From: Nemertoderma westbladi
Taxonomy: Eukaryota > Animalia > Xenacoelomorpha
DNA: 51,358 nt
Assembly: GCA_032718475.1 (NCBI GenBank)
Contig: JAUCBJ010008151.1
Coordinates: forward strand, 1-51,358
Direction: 5' to 3'
In this document: positions 9,001 to 19,907 of the stretch, one piece after another
Layout: each line of letters begins with the position of its first letter
Position numbering within the stretch: the first letter of the stretch is position 1
Translations under genes and position numbers: made by a program
The notes under the pieces: generated by a model
Seen by the model: the letters and a program-made list of their open reading frames with translations, nothing else
Databases searched by the model: none
What the model was told of the DNA's origin: nothing

Positions 9001-12000
9001 ATCGATTGCCTTCCCCGATCACTCGTACTGGTACTACTCCAAGTAGCACTGTTCCTCTCTTCTTCGCCCCTATTGTGCTCGTTGCCATCGTCTGGCCTCT
9101 CCTTTGGCCAAACTTGACCGGCTTCTCTTGGCATTCCCTGGCCTTGTGTCCACTCTTTACACATCGCGAGCAGATTTTATTGCTCGACGCGTAATCTATC
9201 TGGTCTTGCCTCGGTAGCGCCTGCCAGTACCTGCAGTTCATGGTTTTATGAAGCGCATTTGCGTGTAACTGGCATTTGCTCTTTGGGTCGTAGCCCTCTT
9301 TATACAATGCGTTGCGTATCGCAGTTATATTTGTACCAAAGTCCCTACTATTCTTATTGACTGGATTTGGCCTACTGGACGTACTGGGGTTATGTTTATT
9401 CATGTTGTTATTGTTCCCCTGTCCGTCCCTTGATGTTGTCTTATCTTCGCTTGTCTGTGGACTTGCAGTCCCCTGCGTCGCTGCATATGGCAATGATTGC
9501 CTGAGTCTCGGTAACGCGTTTGATGTATTGTGCTCTGGTTTGGGCCTGTAGTGATCTGTCTTTGGTCCCTTTCCCAGGCTATCTTCACTATAGACTGGGT
9601 CCGTTATTAGTTCAGCCTCGTAATTTAAGAAGTTTGACATTTCTTCTAAACCTGGTTCCGCACCCTTCTTGTCTCGGGTGGAGAAAGCGATCTTCCTCCA
9701 TTTGTTGCGCAGCCAGCTCGGTAGTGCCTGCGCTATCGTGGTGATGTTATTGGACGCGTTGAGCTCGTATGGCGCGTCTAGCGTCTTCAGCACGATCAGC
9801 GCCTTCTCGACTTTGTTAGCAAACGTCTTAATGCTAACGGGGTTATCCTGTAGGCCACCCGATGTTATGCCTCTCAGCGTCTGCCTGATGATCTTGGCCG
9901 GGTGCCCGTATTCCCTATCCAGTGCCCGCCATGCTGTCGTGAAGCCGCCCTCTATTCCCTGATATTGCCTCACGATGTCGTATGCTGGGCCTCCCGTGTA
10001 CACTTGTAGATACTTTAGGCACTCCGCCTGCGTCAAGTTTTTTGTTAGTATTTCGTTACTATACATTCGCCGAAACTGTAAGTATTCTTCCGGCCTGCTC
10101 CCATCGAATTTGAACGGTTCCACGGGTGGTAATTCGATCCTCGTTTTCAACGCATCGATCAACGTGGCCATCCCCATTGCCTGCGCTTCTAATGGATTCG
10201 ACGGGTGCTGTATAGTTTCCCCTGTCTGGTGCGGTTCGTCCGTCCTATTTCTTGATCTTCTCTGACTCGGATATGTCATTGGGGGTAGCGGCCCCCTCCA
10301 TATGTCTGTATCACACGATCTGTTTTCGTCCAAGGGTCTCGTTGTTCTTGCTACCATCGGGGTATATTGTTGATATTGTGATGGGGGAATGTCACCCTGT
10401 CCCCCCCCCCCCACCGGTATGTCTGGTACTGGGGTTGATGTTAATACGTTGGGGCCCATGCACCTATCCGCAATGATTCCCCCCTCCCCTGGGTATATGT
10501 TATGTCCCTGCATGCTGTAGTCATACTGCTGTGCTGGTACCGGTATAGGCCTATCAGCTTCTGGCCTACCCGCCGGTATGTATTCCGCGACTTCCGGGTT
10601 TAATCCCGTTGTCCGCGCTATCCTATCGCCTACATTGCCTCTCTCAGTATGGCCTACAGTATGTGCAGTAAGACCTACAGTATGCCCTACAGTCTGCATG
10701 TGTTGCTCGGGATCGAAGTTTATTCTTCTCGAATAATCCTCCCCGCGGCTACCGTATTCTCGATCGGTAGGTATATTCCGTCGGAAAGTTTCTCTTCGAC
10801 CCCCCTCTCCACTGTTTTCATCTTCGTACCGGTACATCGCGTACCCCTCTCTCGGCGTGTAATGCGTCTCACCGGATCGCATCCCTCCGGGGCGACGGCA
10901 ATCTCCCGGAGTCCGACCCCACTGACTCTCCGTTCTCATCTCGACTACCGACGGCTCGCTGTCCGTCCTCGCTCTTCTATCTTTTGCGGCGATGCTTCTA
11001 CTACTCTCTTCCTCTCTTCTCCTATCAGTGGAATATTCCCGCTCACGAGATCTCTCGTCGACCTCCCGGTTAAACCCCACTGTTCTTCTTTCCTCCTCTG
11101 ATCGGGCTCGACGCTCCGTCTGCCCTCCCGCGACGTCAACCTGTCTTTCTCTGCTCGATCGCACGTCGCTGGGGATACTCGCAATCCCCCTATTACTTTC
11201 CGTCGCCGGTTGTTGCGGTTTACCTTGTTCGGCCCTCGCATTGTCCGCTGACGGCTGTGGGACACTCTCTGCCCCCCCCCCCCCCCTCTCGCCGCTAACT
11301 CTCTGTTGTGGGGCCTTTGTAGCCCCCCCCCACTCGCTACATTCTACTTCGCTACCTCTCGCCCCGCTACTATATATCTCTCTAGTCGACACATCAATCC
11401 TGCCACAGTCGGGTCTATTCACCCCCGCCTCTCCCTCTGCTATTGCGTGGCCTTCCAGGCCCTCTACTCCCTGCCTACCAACTACGCGGCCTACCAGGCC
11501 CTCTGCTCCCTGTCTACTAACTACGTGGCCTACCAGGCCCTCTGCTCCCTGGTTACGTAGGCCCGACGTGTTTACATTAATAGCACCCATATTGGAAACG
11601 GAATTAATTTGCTCATTTGAAACAAAATCATTTGTATTATTCTGCGCGACTACGTTATCTGAATTATTTTGTAAATTCGGGCTAAGATCATTATTTGAAT
11701 TATTCGAATTATTCTGTGTAATTGCGTTATTTAAGTTATTTTGTAGGTCCGAATTCGAGTTATTATTTTGATTATTTGAATTATTTTGCGTAACTACATC
11801 AATATTAGGATTATTTTCTACATTAACACTGGGATTGTTCTGATTTAAATTTAAATTACTACCACTAGGCAAAGTATTTCCTGTAATAAAGGTTTGATTA
11901 GCGTTATCCCATACGGTACTATTAATATCAACAACGTCTACTGTACCATTATTATTATCACCCCCCCCCCCCCCCCCCCCGCCCGTATGGTTACACCAGT

Positions 12001-13456
12001 TCTGGGTCTGTCGTGCGGTCCCTGTCAGTGGGGTGTTAATGAACGTGTCTACGGCTCCTGGCCCCTCAAAAATACTCGAGCCGGCCCCGCTTTCAGACGG
12101 CAACACTCGGACCAATTCCAGCTCGTGCGCCCGTCTAATCTTATTTTTTGCCGATACACCTTGGCGTTTCTCTAATTCCCTTAACTCTCGCTCAGCCTTT
12201 GCCCCTCTCTCCTCACTCTCCTGGCTGTCCCGTCTGGCCGACTCTACTACACTCCTAGCGTTCTCCCTTCGTCTCGCCTCACGTTCTTTGCGTTCCTTTT
12301 CCCTTCTTGCCTCACGTTCCTTGCGTTCCTCGTCCTCCCTTGCCTCACGCTCTCTGCACTCCTTTTCCTCTATTTCGTCACTCTCCCTAAGGCTCCTCAA
12401 AGCCCTTTCGACCCTCTCACCGTTCTCTTTAATCAATGCCGCTTCCCTCGCTAACCGCGCTCTCCCCTCCTCTAGCCGTTCCTCCATTTCCTTCTGACCT
12501 TGCTCTGCCACGTCGAGGCGGTATGCGGCACCTATCTCTCTCACCACTCTTTCTTTCGCGGAGGATGTAACAGACTTATCGGTTACGACGGACTTCCCCC
12601 GCCTTCCCGACCTACTAACTTTCCCCGGCCTCCCGGAGCTTTCTCCGACCGACGAGGCCGAATCCTCGGGGTTAACCTCGGATTCGCCCCCTTCGAGTCC
12701 CCTCCAACCCACTGGTTTTACTCCCCGGGCATCGACCAAGTATGGCCCTATGTACACTGGCGCTACACTAGGTTCCATACTCCCACACTCCCATAGTTCA
12801 AACAGTTCGCCGGCTATCCTTTCTGCTCTCTCCCCGGCCAGTTCTCTCTGCCCAAAACGTATTAGGTAATTTAAGTGTCTATCCGACTCACCTAGTCGCT
12901 TTCTCAGTCTCACCTCGTCTACCTTCGCCCCTTCCTTCTTGGCGTCGTTTATCAGCTTCCGGGTCGCGTTGTAGGCCCGTCGAAGTCGCTCAGAAACCCC
13001 GACGTCCTCGTCGCCGACCTCTCCTCCGTCCCTCCGGGTTCGACGTCGTACCGGCGGCTCCACCGTCGCCGTTCCGGTGGGCCGTCCGTCGCCCTCGGCC
13101 TGTAGCTGGCCGGCGACATCGGTACCGATCTCTCCTCCGTCTCTTCGCGTCCGGCGCCGCACCGTCGGCCCCACCGTCGCCGTTTCGGTGGGCCGCCCGT
13201 CGCCCTCGGCCGGTAGCTGGCCGGCGACATCGGCGCGCCGTTCTCCCTCTCGTGTCGACTCGTCTCCCTCTCCCTCCGTCTCGCTCTCTCTCTCTCTTGG
13301 CTCGACTTCGGGTTCCAGGCCCTCCTCGTCCTGGACTTCCGGTTCGCCCGTAATCGATGGCTCCGGCGTCGTGGGCCTGTATCGCTTGGTCGCGGCCTCG
13401 CGGATCGTTTGATCTTCGTCCGGGGTCCGCGGTGGTGTCTCGCCCGACTCACTCAT
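6062..13456 (-). CDS. BEL/Pao gag-pol polyprotein (long low-complexity N-terminus, gag, aspartic protease, RT, RNase H, integrase zinc finger)
   Basis: Gag LPPVEPFKFDG..EY; knuckles CQLH..H..C and CSRCVKSGHKAREC; protease LVDSGA; RT FYVDD; RNase H FSDAS/WMDS/NPAD; integrase HHCC (HKSILHGG...CQTC). Confidence 0.96.
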   Translation of the reverse strand: MSESGETPPRTPDEDQTIREAATKRYRPTTPEPSITGEPEVQDEEGLEPEVEPRERESETEGEGDESTREGERRADVAGQLPAEGDGRPTETATVGPTVRRRTRRDGGEIGTDVAGQLQAEGDGRPTGTATVEPPVRRRTRRDGGEVGDEDVGVSERLRRAYNATRKLINDAKKEGAKVDEVRLRKRLGESDRHLNYLIRFGQRELAGERAERIAGELFELWECGSMEPSVAPVYIGPYLVDARGVKPVGWRGLEGGESEVNPEDSASSVGESSGRPGKVSRSGRRGKSVVTDKSVTSSAKERVVREIGAAYRLDVAEQGQKEMEERLEEGRARLAREAALIKENGERVERALRSLRESDEIEEKECREREAREDEERKEREARREKERKEREARRRENARSVVESARRDSQESEERGAKAERELRELEKRQGVSAKNKIRRAHELELVRVLPSESGAGSSIFEGPGAVDTFINTPLTGTARQTQNWCNHTGGGGGGGGDNNNGTVDVVDINSTVWDNANQTFITGNTLPSGSNLNLNQNNPSVNVENNPNIDVVTQNNSNNQNNNSNSDLQNNLNNAITQNNSNNSNNDLSPNLQNNSDNVVAQNNTNDFVSNEQINSVSNMGAINVNTSGLRNQGAEGLVGHVVSRQGAEGLVGRVVGRQGVEGLEGHAIAEGEAGVNRPDCGRIDVSTREIYSSGARGSEVECSEWGGATKAPQQRVSGERGGGGAESVPQPSADNARAEQGKPQQPATESNRGIASIPSDVRSSRERQVDVAGGQTERRARSEEERRTVGFNREVDERSREREYSTDRRREEESSRSIAAKDRRARTDSEPSVVEMRTESQWGRTPGDCRRPGGMRSGETHYTPREGYAMYRYEDENSGEGGRRETFRRNIPTDREYGSRGEDYSRRINFDPEQHMQTVGHTVGLTAHTVGHTERGNVGDRIARTTGLNPEVAEYIPAGRPEADRPIPVPAQQYDYSMQGHNIYPGEGGIIADRCMGPNVLTSTPVPDIPVGGGGQGDIPPSQYQQYTPMVARTTRPLDENRSCDTDIWRGPLPPMTYPSQRRSRNRTDEPHQTGETIQHPSNPLEAQAMGMATLIDALKTRIELPPVEPFKFDGSRPEEYLQFRRMYSNEILTKNLTQAECLKYLQVYTGGPAYDIVRQYQGIEGGFTTAWRALDREYGHPAKIIRQTLRGITSGGLQDNPVSIKTFANKVEKALIVLKTLDAPYELNASNNITTIAQALPSWLRNKWRKIAFSTRDKKGAEPGLEEMSNFLNYEAELITDPVYSEDSLGKGPKTDHYRPKPEHNTSNALPRLRQSLPYAATQGTASPQTSEDKTTSRDGQGNNNNMNKHNPSTSSRPNPVNKNSRDFGTNITAIRNALYKEGYDPKSKCQLHANALHKTMNCRYWQALPRQDQIDYASSNKICSRCVKSGHKARECQEKPVKFGQRRGQTMATSTIGAKKRGTVLLGVVPVRVIGEGNRSVTTLMLVDSGAAFTLVEEWVAEEIGLRTRPSRMAVTTISSKDEILEMRTGQCAIAAVAPGCDYGATIDPIQVIESININARRPTNIEVEQYKFLDNIDFSIPDVDVRKVSIIVGMDCPTAHERMQTVFGEDKQSDPVAILTPFGWTLSGPIKSKIPFRMSETSGCMFAGTMQEMGDEGAEEQLKRLLRQDFEGLKDTGVGTSVEDKQALQSVEESMTCDEGRYTIGMVWKLPKIPLPDNRGMVLTRLRKLKQTLQRSPEKNEYIHKTIKKYVEKGWAVELPVDEPNTDRTYYLPLHVALDPKKGKLRMVVDASAKTDGKCLNDYLLEGPNIYNSGIEVLLRFRNGKHAFTCDIEGMFNQVRVTEEDSDSQRFLWYNGEEEPPVIPVYKMVVQNMGAKSSSFTTTMAVRDTVKGKEDRYSSRAVDMIRRGFYVDDGMESGNTVEEILETGREVRDILKGSGFNLTKFQSSSEEFIKEIEDKKPGSTMDNPTTAKGQDMANKRTQSQQKALGIVWDRGTDELKYQLSQEGADTQTKRGYVSYIARIYDPLGLASPLLVTGKQILKRVYKLKDEWDVEVPEDIKKQWSKWTGDLERMGTYNMPRVYFPDGNMTNLDLHMFSDASLEAYGAALYLVQREGPHKPRLAFSKAKSTPPDSASVPKLELTAARLGVRATAYLVDTIPNIVETHYWMDSMVVLGWLHNEKTRYPIFVANRVDEIRASTELERWHYCSTDENPADLLSRGVERHTFLKKEVLWQHGPQFLSDREAWPPMRKVDPGSEPVSEGEGDSEGEEIYSQMVREIRDVQPGRELCDNPTDKLLSYSSSWYKTKKLVAYWRAFGNFLAGVGKDKKTRTTIDLEGAAKAVIRYEQRKNYGDEVERVGNQQHLRRDSELITLSPQLNEDGILVMNSRVGYNNSIVVPPKPIIIPTGSPIVHQIIWDSHKSILHGGTNRTLTEIRRTYWVKQLRKKVKAVVGQCQTC

Positions 13457-13561
13457 CTCGTTTGTGGTTGATGATTCGGCTAGCTAGGTTGCAGTTCTTA
13501 GAGTTTAACTAGGGCGGCAGCTCGGTTTAGTTACTGAATTTAGCTGGGGAAGCAACACCGT

Positions 13562-13570
13562 TTTAGTTAC
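13562..13570 (-). promoter_or_regulatory. Primer-binding-site position with non-tRNA sequence (GTAACTAAA)
   Basis: Directly follows the inferred LTR end (..TCACA). Lacks TGG. Perfectly complementary to 13738-13746 inside the LTR. Confidence 0.5.
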
Positions 13571-14108
13571 TGTGACGGGATCCAGGAGGGATCCCGATTT
13601 ATCCGATGTGGTATTTAGTCCACGCGTCCCCGCCGTGTATAAGAGTGAAATAAAGATAACTGAGTTCTGAAGTTCGGTGTATAATAATAGGTTATAGGAT
13701 ATAGATATATTGTGAATTATACGGTAGGCGGGATACGGTAACTAAAGTCCCGTGATCCCCTAACTAAACTAATTGGCTGTACCCTACGCTAGCACTGCTG
13801 CACTGAGATAACTGAATCACTGGTTAATAGGTTATTGGTTATATTGCACGGTGGCCTTACTGCTACTCAATCGATGCCATTCCCCCCTCTGATTGGTTAA
13901 TACCCTTGTTGGCGCCCCGTGGAGTATTCCCGTTCACTCCACCTGTTCTCCTTGGGTTAGGGGTTTGGCCCCTGACCCTCTATTGTGTGCTTCCTTCCCA
14001 CTCTCATTGGGATGGCACGAGTTGGTTAATTGCCCAATCTAGTGGCTCCCAATATTGCTTATCGGCTAATAACTTTATGGGGTGTTGGCGGGATTGAATA
14101 AGCTAACA
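13571..14108 (-). repeat. 5' LTR of the BEL element (538 bp, TG...CA)
   Basis: Minus strand reads TGTTAGC...CCGTCACA. The 14108 boundary is fixed by comparison with 1-515; the 13571 boundary is inferred from the TG/CA terminus because the partner end is outside the window. Confidence 0.9.
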
Positions 14109-14270
14109 AAATGTCGGCTCGCTTTCATTTTTATTATTGACAGATTGTTAACTTACCCGGCGCTGAGCCTTGCAGTACTGGAGTCCACCCACTGAGGCAT
14201 TAATAGAGTACACAGTCTTATAAAAGGAGTTGAATGGAGCTTCGTTAAAGGAGTATGTATAATAATCTGA

Positions 14271-14510
14271 ACGTCCCGAAATTAATTTATGGACGTCCCG
14301 AAATTAATTTATGGACGTCCCGAAATTAATTTATGGACGTCCCGAAATTAACTATATGGACGTCCCGAAATTAACTTATGGACGTCCCGAATTTAACTTA
14401 TGGACGTCCCGAAATTAATTTATGGACGTCCCGAAATTAATCTATCAACCAATCAGAATCGTAATGAAATAACTAATTAATGGACGTCCATAAATTAATT
14501 TCGGGATGTT
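14271..14510. repeat. ~8 tandem 22-bp units (GGACGTCCCGAAATTAATTTAT) plus one inverted copy
   Basis: Units at 14271-14445; reverse-complement unit ATAAATTAATTTCGGGATGT around 14490-14510. Confidence 0.88.
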
Positions 14511-14589
14511 AATTTCGGAAATTAATTTCAATAATATTTTTAAATTTTTTTAAATATTTTTTTACAATGTATAATTCGCGGACACTGCG

Positions 14590-14992
14590 GGGTGACTACA
14601 AAACAAAGACCCAATTATAAAGACCTGCATAATCTTGTTACATGTGTTAACTTTCGTTAATTGTTTTGAATACCCCGTTACGCCTCTGTAACTTGCTCCT
14701 TTACTAATCTGCTCCTTTAAATAGCAATGGTACATAACGCTCATTGTGACCTGTACAAAACAAAGAGGTAAAGTCGCGTTACGTCCCAAAGAGCGTTAGG
14801 TTCCAAAGAGCTTTAGGTCCCATTGCCAGAGAGCGTGAGGTCACATTGCCATTTAAAGGAGCAGGTTAGTAAAGAAGCAGGTTACAGTGACGTGTTGGGG
14901 AACCAAAACAATAAACGAAAGTTAACACATGTGTTTTGTATTTGTACAGGTCTTTATTATTTGGGTCGTCGGTCTTTGTTTTGTAGTCACCC
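14590..14992. mobile_element. Non-autonomous MULE/Mutator-like MITE with long imperfect TIRs and a 9-bp TSD
   Basis: Termini GGGTGACTACAAAACAAAGACC / GGTCTTTGTTTTGTAGTCACCC; inverted similarity runs ~150 bp; GACACTGCG duplicated at 14581-14589 and 14993-15001. Confidence 0.85.
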
Positions 14993-15484
14993 GACACTGC
15001 GGTGTTGCGTGGGGGCCACCAATCCACCCACCCACACTCAACTCCCAACTTCCTGGACACTAGGATACTGAGTGAAAGCGTCTGAAACTACTACAGGAAC
15101 TCCATGACATACTATGGGCTAGCGACTAGGGACTGGCGCCCTTGAACATGTTAACTGTAGTACCTACTGTACCACCTACCTTAGTGACCTGTGGGACCAG
15201 CCCATTATTAGTGAGGTCGGCATTTCTCTTTATCCTGCCGCTCTCTTTGTATTACAATAGCATACAGCTAACCAATGGCAATGGTCTCGAAATCCGGAAA
15301 TCGAAGCCTTTTTCTATCTGCCAACATCCTGGGCTTTACTTACACTCAGCCTCTATTCACTGGCTGTGATTGACAAGCCAACTTGCCTCAGAAGTTCCTT
15401 TCATGAATGCCGCAATTTATATTTGGCCATTTTGGTTGTTTTGGCCGCCAAAATGACCAAGTTAATGTTTATTGGGATTGGGAC

Positions 15485-18400
15485 TGTACAGATCCACATC
15501 AAACTGTATAATTATCATACAGGAGGCATACATACATAGTACACTGTATTATGTATGTATTAAGTATTATTATGTATTAAGTATTATGTACACATTAGTA
15601 GGTAAAAAAAAAATAGAAAAAAATAAATCTATAATTTTCATACAGGAGGCCTACATACATAGTACATACTGTACCAACTGATACGAATACAGAACCACAT
15701 CAAACTGTAAAATTATCATACAGTAGGCCTACATACATAGTACACTGTACCTACTGATACGTGATACGAATACAGATCTACATCAAACTGTATAATTATC
15801 ATACAGGATGCCTACATACATCGTACATACTGATGCGTATACAGATCCACATCAAACTGTATAATTATCATACAGGAGGCCTACATACATAGTACATACT
15901 GTACCAACTGATACGAATACAGATCCACATCAAACTGTATAATTATCATACAGGAGGCCTACATACATAGTACATACTGTACCAACTGATACGAATACAG
16001 AACCACATCAAACTGTATAATTAGCATACAGGAGGCCTACATACATCGTACATACTGATACGTATACAGATCCACATCAAACTGTATAATTATCATACAG
16101 TAGGCCTACATACATAGTACACTGAACCTACTGATACGAATACAGAACCACATCAAACTGTATAATTATCATACAGGATGCCTACATACATCGTACATAC
16201 TGATGCGTATACAGATCCACATCAATCTGTATAATTATCATACAGGAGGACTACATACATAGTACATACTGTACCAACTGATACGAATACAGAACCACAT
16301 CAAACTGTATAATTATCATACAGTAGGCCTACATACATAGTACATACTGTATCAACTGATACGAATACAGATCCACATCAAACTGTATAATTATCATACA
16401 GGAGGCCTACATACATAGTACATACTGTACCAACTGATACGAATACAGATCCACATCAAACTGTATAATTATCATACAGTAGGCCTACATACAAGTACAT
16501 ACTGTACCAACTGATACGAATACAGATCCACATCAAACTGTATAATTATCATACAGGAGGCCTACATACATAGTGCATACTGTACCAACTGATACGAATA
16601 CAGAACCACATCAAACTGTATAATTATCATACAGTAGGCCTACATACATAGTACATACTGTACCAACTGATACGAATACAGATCCACATCAAACTGTATA
16701 ATTATCATAAGAGGCCTACATACATAGTACATACTGTACCAACTGATACGAATACAGATCCACATCAAACTGTATAATTATCATAAGAGGCCTACATACA
16801 TAGTACATACTGTACCAACTGATACGAATACAGATCCACATCAAACTGTATAATTATCATAAGAGGCCTACATTCATAGTACATACTGTATCAACTGATA
16901 CGAATACAGAACCACATCAAACTGTATAATTATCATAGAGGAGGCCTACATACATAGTACATACTGTACCAACTGATACGAATACAGATCCACATCAAAC
17001 TGTATAATTATCATAAGAGGCCTACATACATAGTACATACTGTACCAACTGATACGAATACAGAACCACATCAAACTGTATAATTATCATACAGGAGGCC
17101 TACATACATAGTACATACTGTACCAACTGATACGAATACAGAACCACATCAAACTGTATAATTATCATACAGGACGCCTACATACACAGTACATACTGTA
17201 CCAACTGATACGAATACAGAACCACATCAAACTGTATAATTATCATACAGGACGCCTACATACATAGTACATACTGTACCAACTGATACGAATACAGATC
17301 TACATCAAACTGTATAATTATCATACAGGAGGCCTACATACACAGTACATACTGTACCAACTGATACGAATACAGAACCACATCAAACTGTATAATTATC
17401 ATACAGGAGGCCTACATACATAGTACATACTGTACCAACTGATACGAATACAGATCCACATCAAACTGTATAATTATCATACAGGAGGCCTACATACACA
17501 GTACATACTGTACCAACTGATACGAATACAGAACCACATCAAACTGTATAATTATCATACAGGACGCCTACATACATAGTACATACTGTACCAACTGATA
17601 CGAATACAGATCCACATCAAACTGTATAATTATCATACAAGAGGCCTACATACATAGTACATACTGTACCAACTGATACGAATACAGATCCACATCAAAC
17701 AACTGTATAATTATCATACAGTAGGCCTACATACATAGTACATGCTGTACCAACTGATAACGAATACAGAACCACATCAAACTGTATAATTATCATAGGA
17801 GGCCTACATACATAGTACATACTGTACCAACTGATACGAATACAGATCTACATCAAACTGTATAATTATCATACAGGACGCCTACATACATAGTACATAC
17901 TGTACCAACTGATACGAATACAGAACCACATCAAACTGTATAATTATCATACAGGACGCCTACATACATAGTACATACTGTACCAACTGATACGAATACA
18001 GATCCACATCAAACTGTATAATTATCATACAAGAGGCCTACATACATAGTACATACTGTACCAACTGATACGAATACAGATCCACATCAAACAACTGTAT
18101 AATTATCATACAGTAGGCCTACATACATAGTACATGCTGTACCAACTGATACGAATACAGAACCACATCAAACTGTATAATTATCATAGGAGGCCTACAT
18201 ACATAGTACATACTGTACCAACTGATACGAATACAGATCTACATCAAACTGTATAATTATCATACAGGACGCCTACATACATCGTACATAATGTACCAAC
18301 TGATACGAATACAGATCCACATCAAACTGTATAATTATCATACAGGAGGCCTACATACACAGTACAGACTGTACCAACTGATACGAATACAGAACCACAT

Positions 18401-19907
18401 CAAACTGTATAATTATCATACAGGAGGCCTACATACACAGTACAGACTGTACCAACTGATACGAATACAGATCTACATCAAACTGTATAATTATCATAGG
18501 AGGCCTACATTCATAGTACATACTGTATCAACTGATACGAATACAGATCCACATCAAACTGTATAATTATCATACAGAAGGCCTACATACATAGTACATA
18601 CTGTACCAACTGATACGAATACAGAACCACATCAAACTGTATAATTATCATACAGGAGGCCTACATACACAGTACAGACTGTACCAACTGATACGAATAC
18701 AGATCTACATCAAACTGTATAATTATCATAGGAGGCCTACATTCATAGTACATACTGTATCAACTGATACGAATACAGATCCACATCAAACTGTATAATT
18801 ATCATAGGAGGCCTACATACATAGTACATACTGTACCAACTGATACGAATACAGATCTACATCAAACTGTATAATTATCATACAGGACGCCTACATACAT
18901 CGTACATAATGTACCAACTGATACTAATACAGATCCACATCAAACTGTATAATTATCATACAGGAGGCCTACATACACAGTACAGACTGTACCAACTGAT
19001 ACGAATACAGAACCACATCAAACTGTATAATTATCATACAGGAGGCCTACATACACAGTACAGACTGTACCAACTGATACGAATACAGATCTACATCAAA
19101 CTGTATAATTATCATAGGAGGCCTACATTCATAGTACATACTGTATCAACTGATACGAATACAGATCCACATCAAACTGTATAATTATCATACAGAAGGC
19201 CTACATACATAGTACATACTGTACCAACTGATACGAATACAGAACCACATCAAACTGTATAATTATCATAGGAGGCCTACATTCATAGTACATACTGTAT
19301 CAACTGATACGAATACAGATCCACATCAAACTGTATAATTATCATACAGAAGGCCTACATACATAGTACATACTGTACCAACTGATACGAATACAGAACC
19401 ACATCAAACTGTATAATTATCATAGGAGGCCTACATACATAGTACATACATACTGTACCAACTGATACGAATACAGATCCACATCAAACTGTATAATTAT
19501 CATAGGAGGCCTACATTCATAGTACATACTGTACCAACTGATACGAATACAGATCCACATCAAACTGTATAATTATCATACAGGAGGCCTACATACATAG
19601 TACATACTGTACCAACTGATACGAATACAGAACCACATCAAACTGTATAATTATCATACAGGAGGCCTACATACATAGTACATACTGTACCAACTGATAC
19701 GAATACAGAACCACATCAAACTGTATAATTATCATACAGGAGGCCTACATACATAGTACATACTGTACCAACTGATAGAATACAGATCTACATCAAACTG
19801 TATAATTATCATACAGGAGGCCTACATACATAGTACATACTGTACCAACTGATACGAATACAGAACCACATCAAACTGTATAATTATCATACAGGAGGCC
19901 TACATAC
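15485..19907. repeat. 78-bp tandem satellite, roughly 55 copies
   Basis: Unit TACAGATCCACATCAAACTGTATAATTATCATACAGGAGGCCTACATACATAGTACATACTGTACCAACTGATACGAA with minor variants; degenerate at its left end. Confidence 0.97.

Larger units (their letters stand above)
1..14108 (-). mobile_element. BEL/Pao-superfamily LTR retrotransposon, near full length, with an additional ORF; the last ~23 bp of the 3' LTR lie outside the window
   Basis: Direct repeats 1-515 and 13594-14108. Domain order gag-PR-RT-RH-IN with BEL-type motifs (YLPLH..KLRMVVDAS, CDIEGMFNQV, FYVDD, FSDAS..AYGA, PKLEL, NPADLLSRG, VDMFGP, SDNGTNF). PPT abuts the downstream LTR. Confidence 0.96.

Noticed and set aside
5199-13412. Many plus-strand ORFs of 60-260 aa opposite gag-pol
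   Set aside because: Antisense shadows of a purine-biased long ORF; no motifs.
18291-19184. ORFs with 26-aa repeats
   Set aside because: Translations of the 78-bp satellite.
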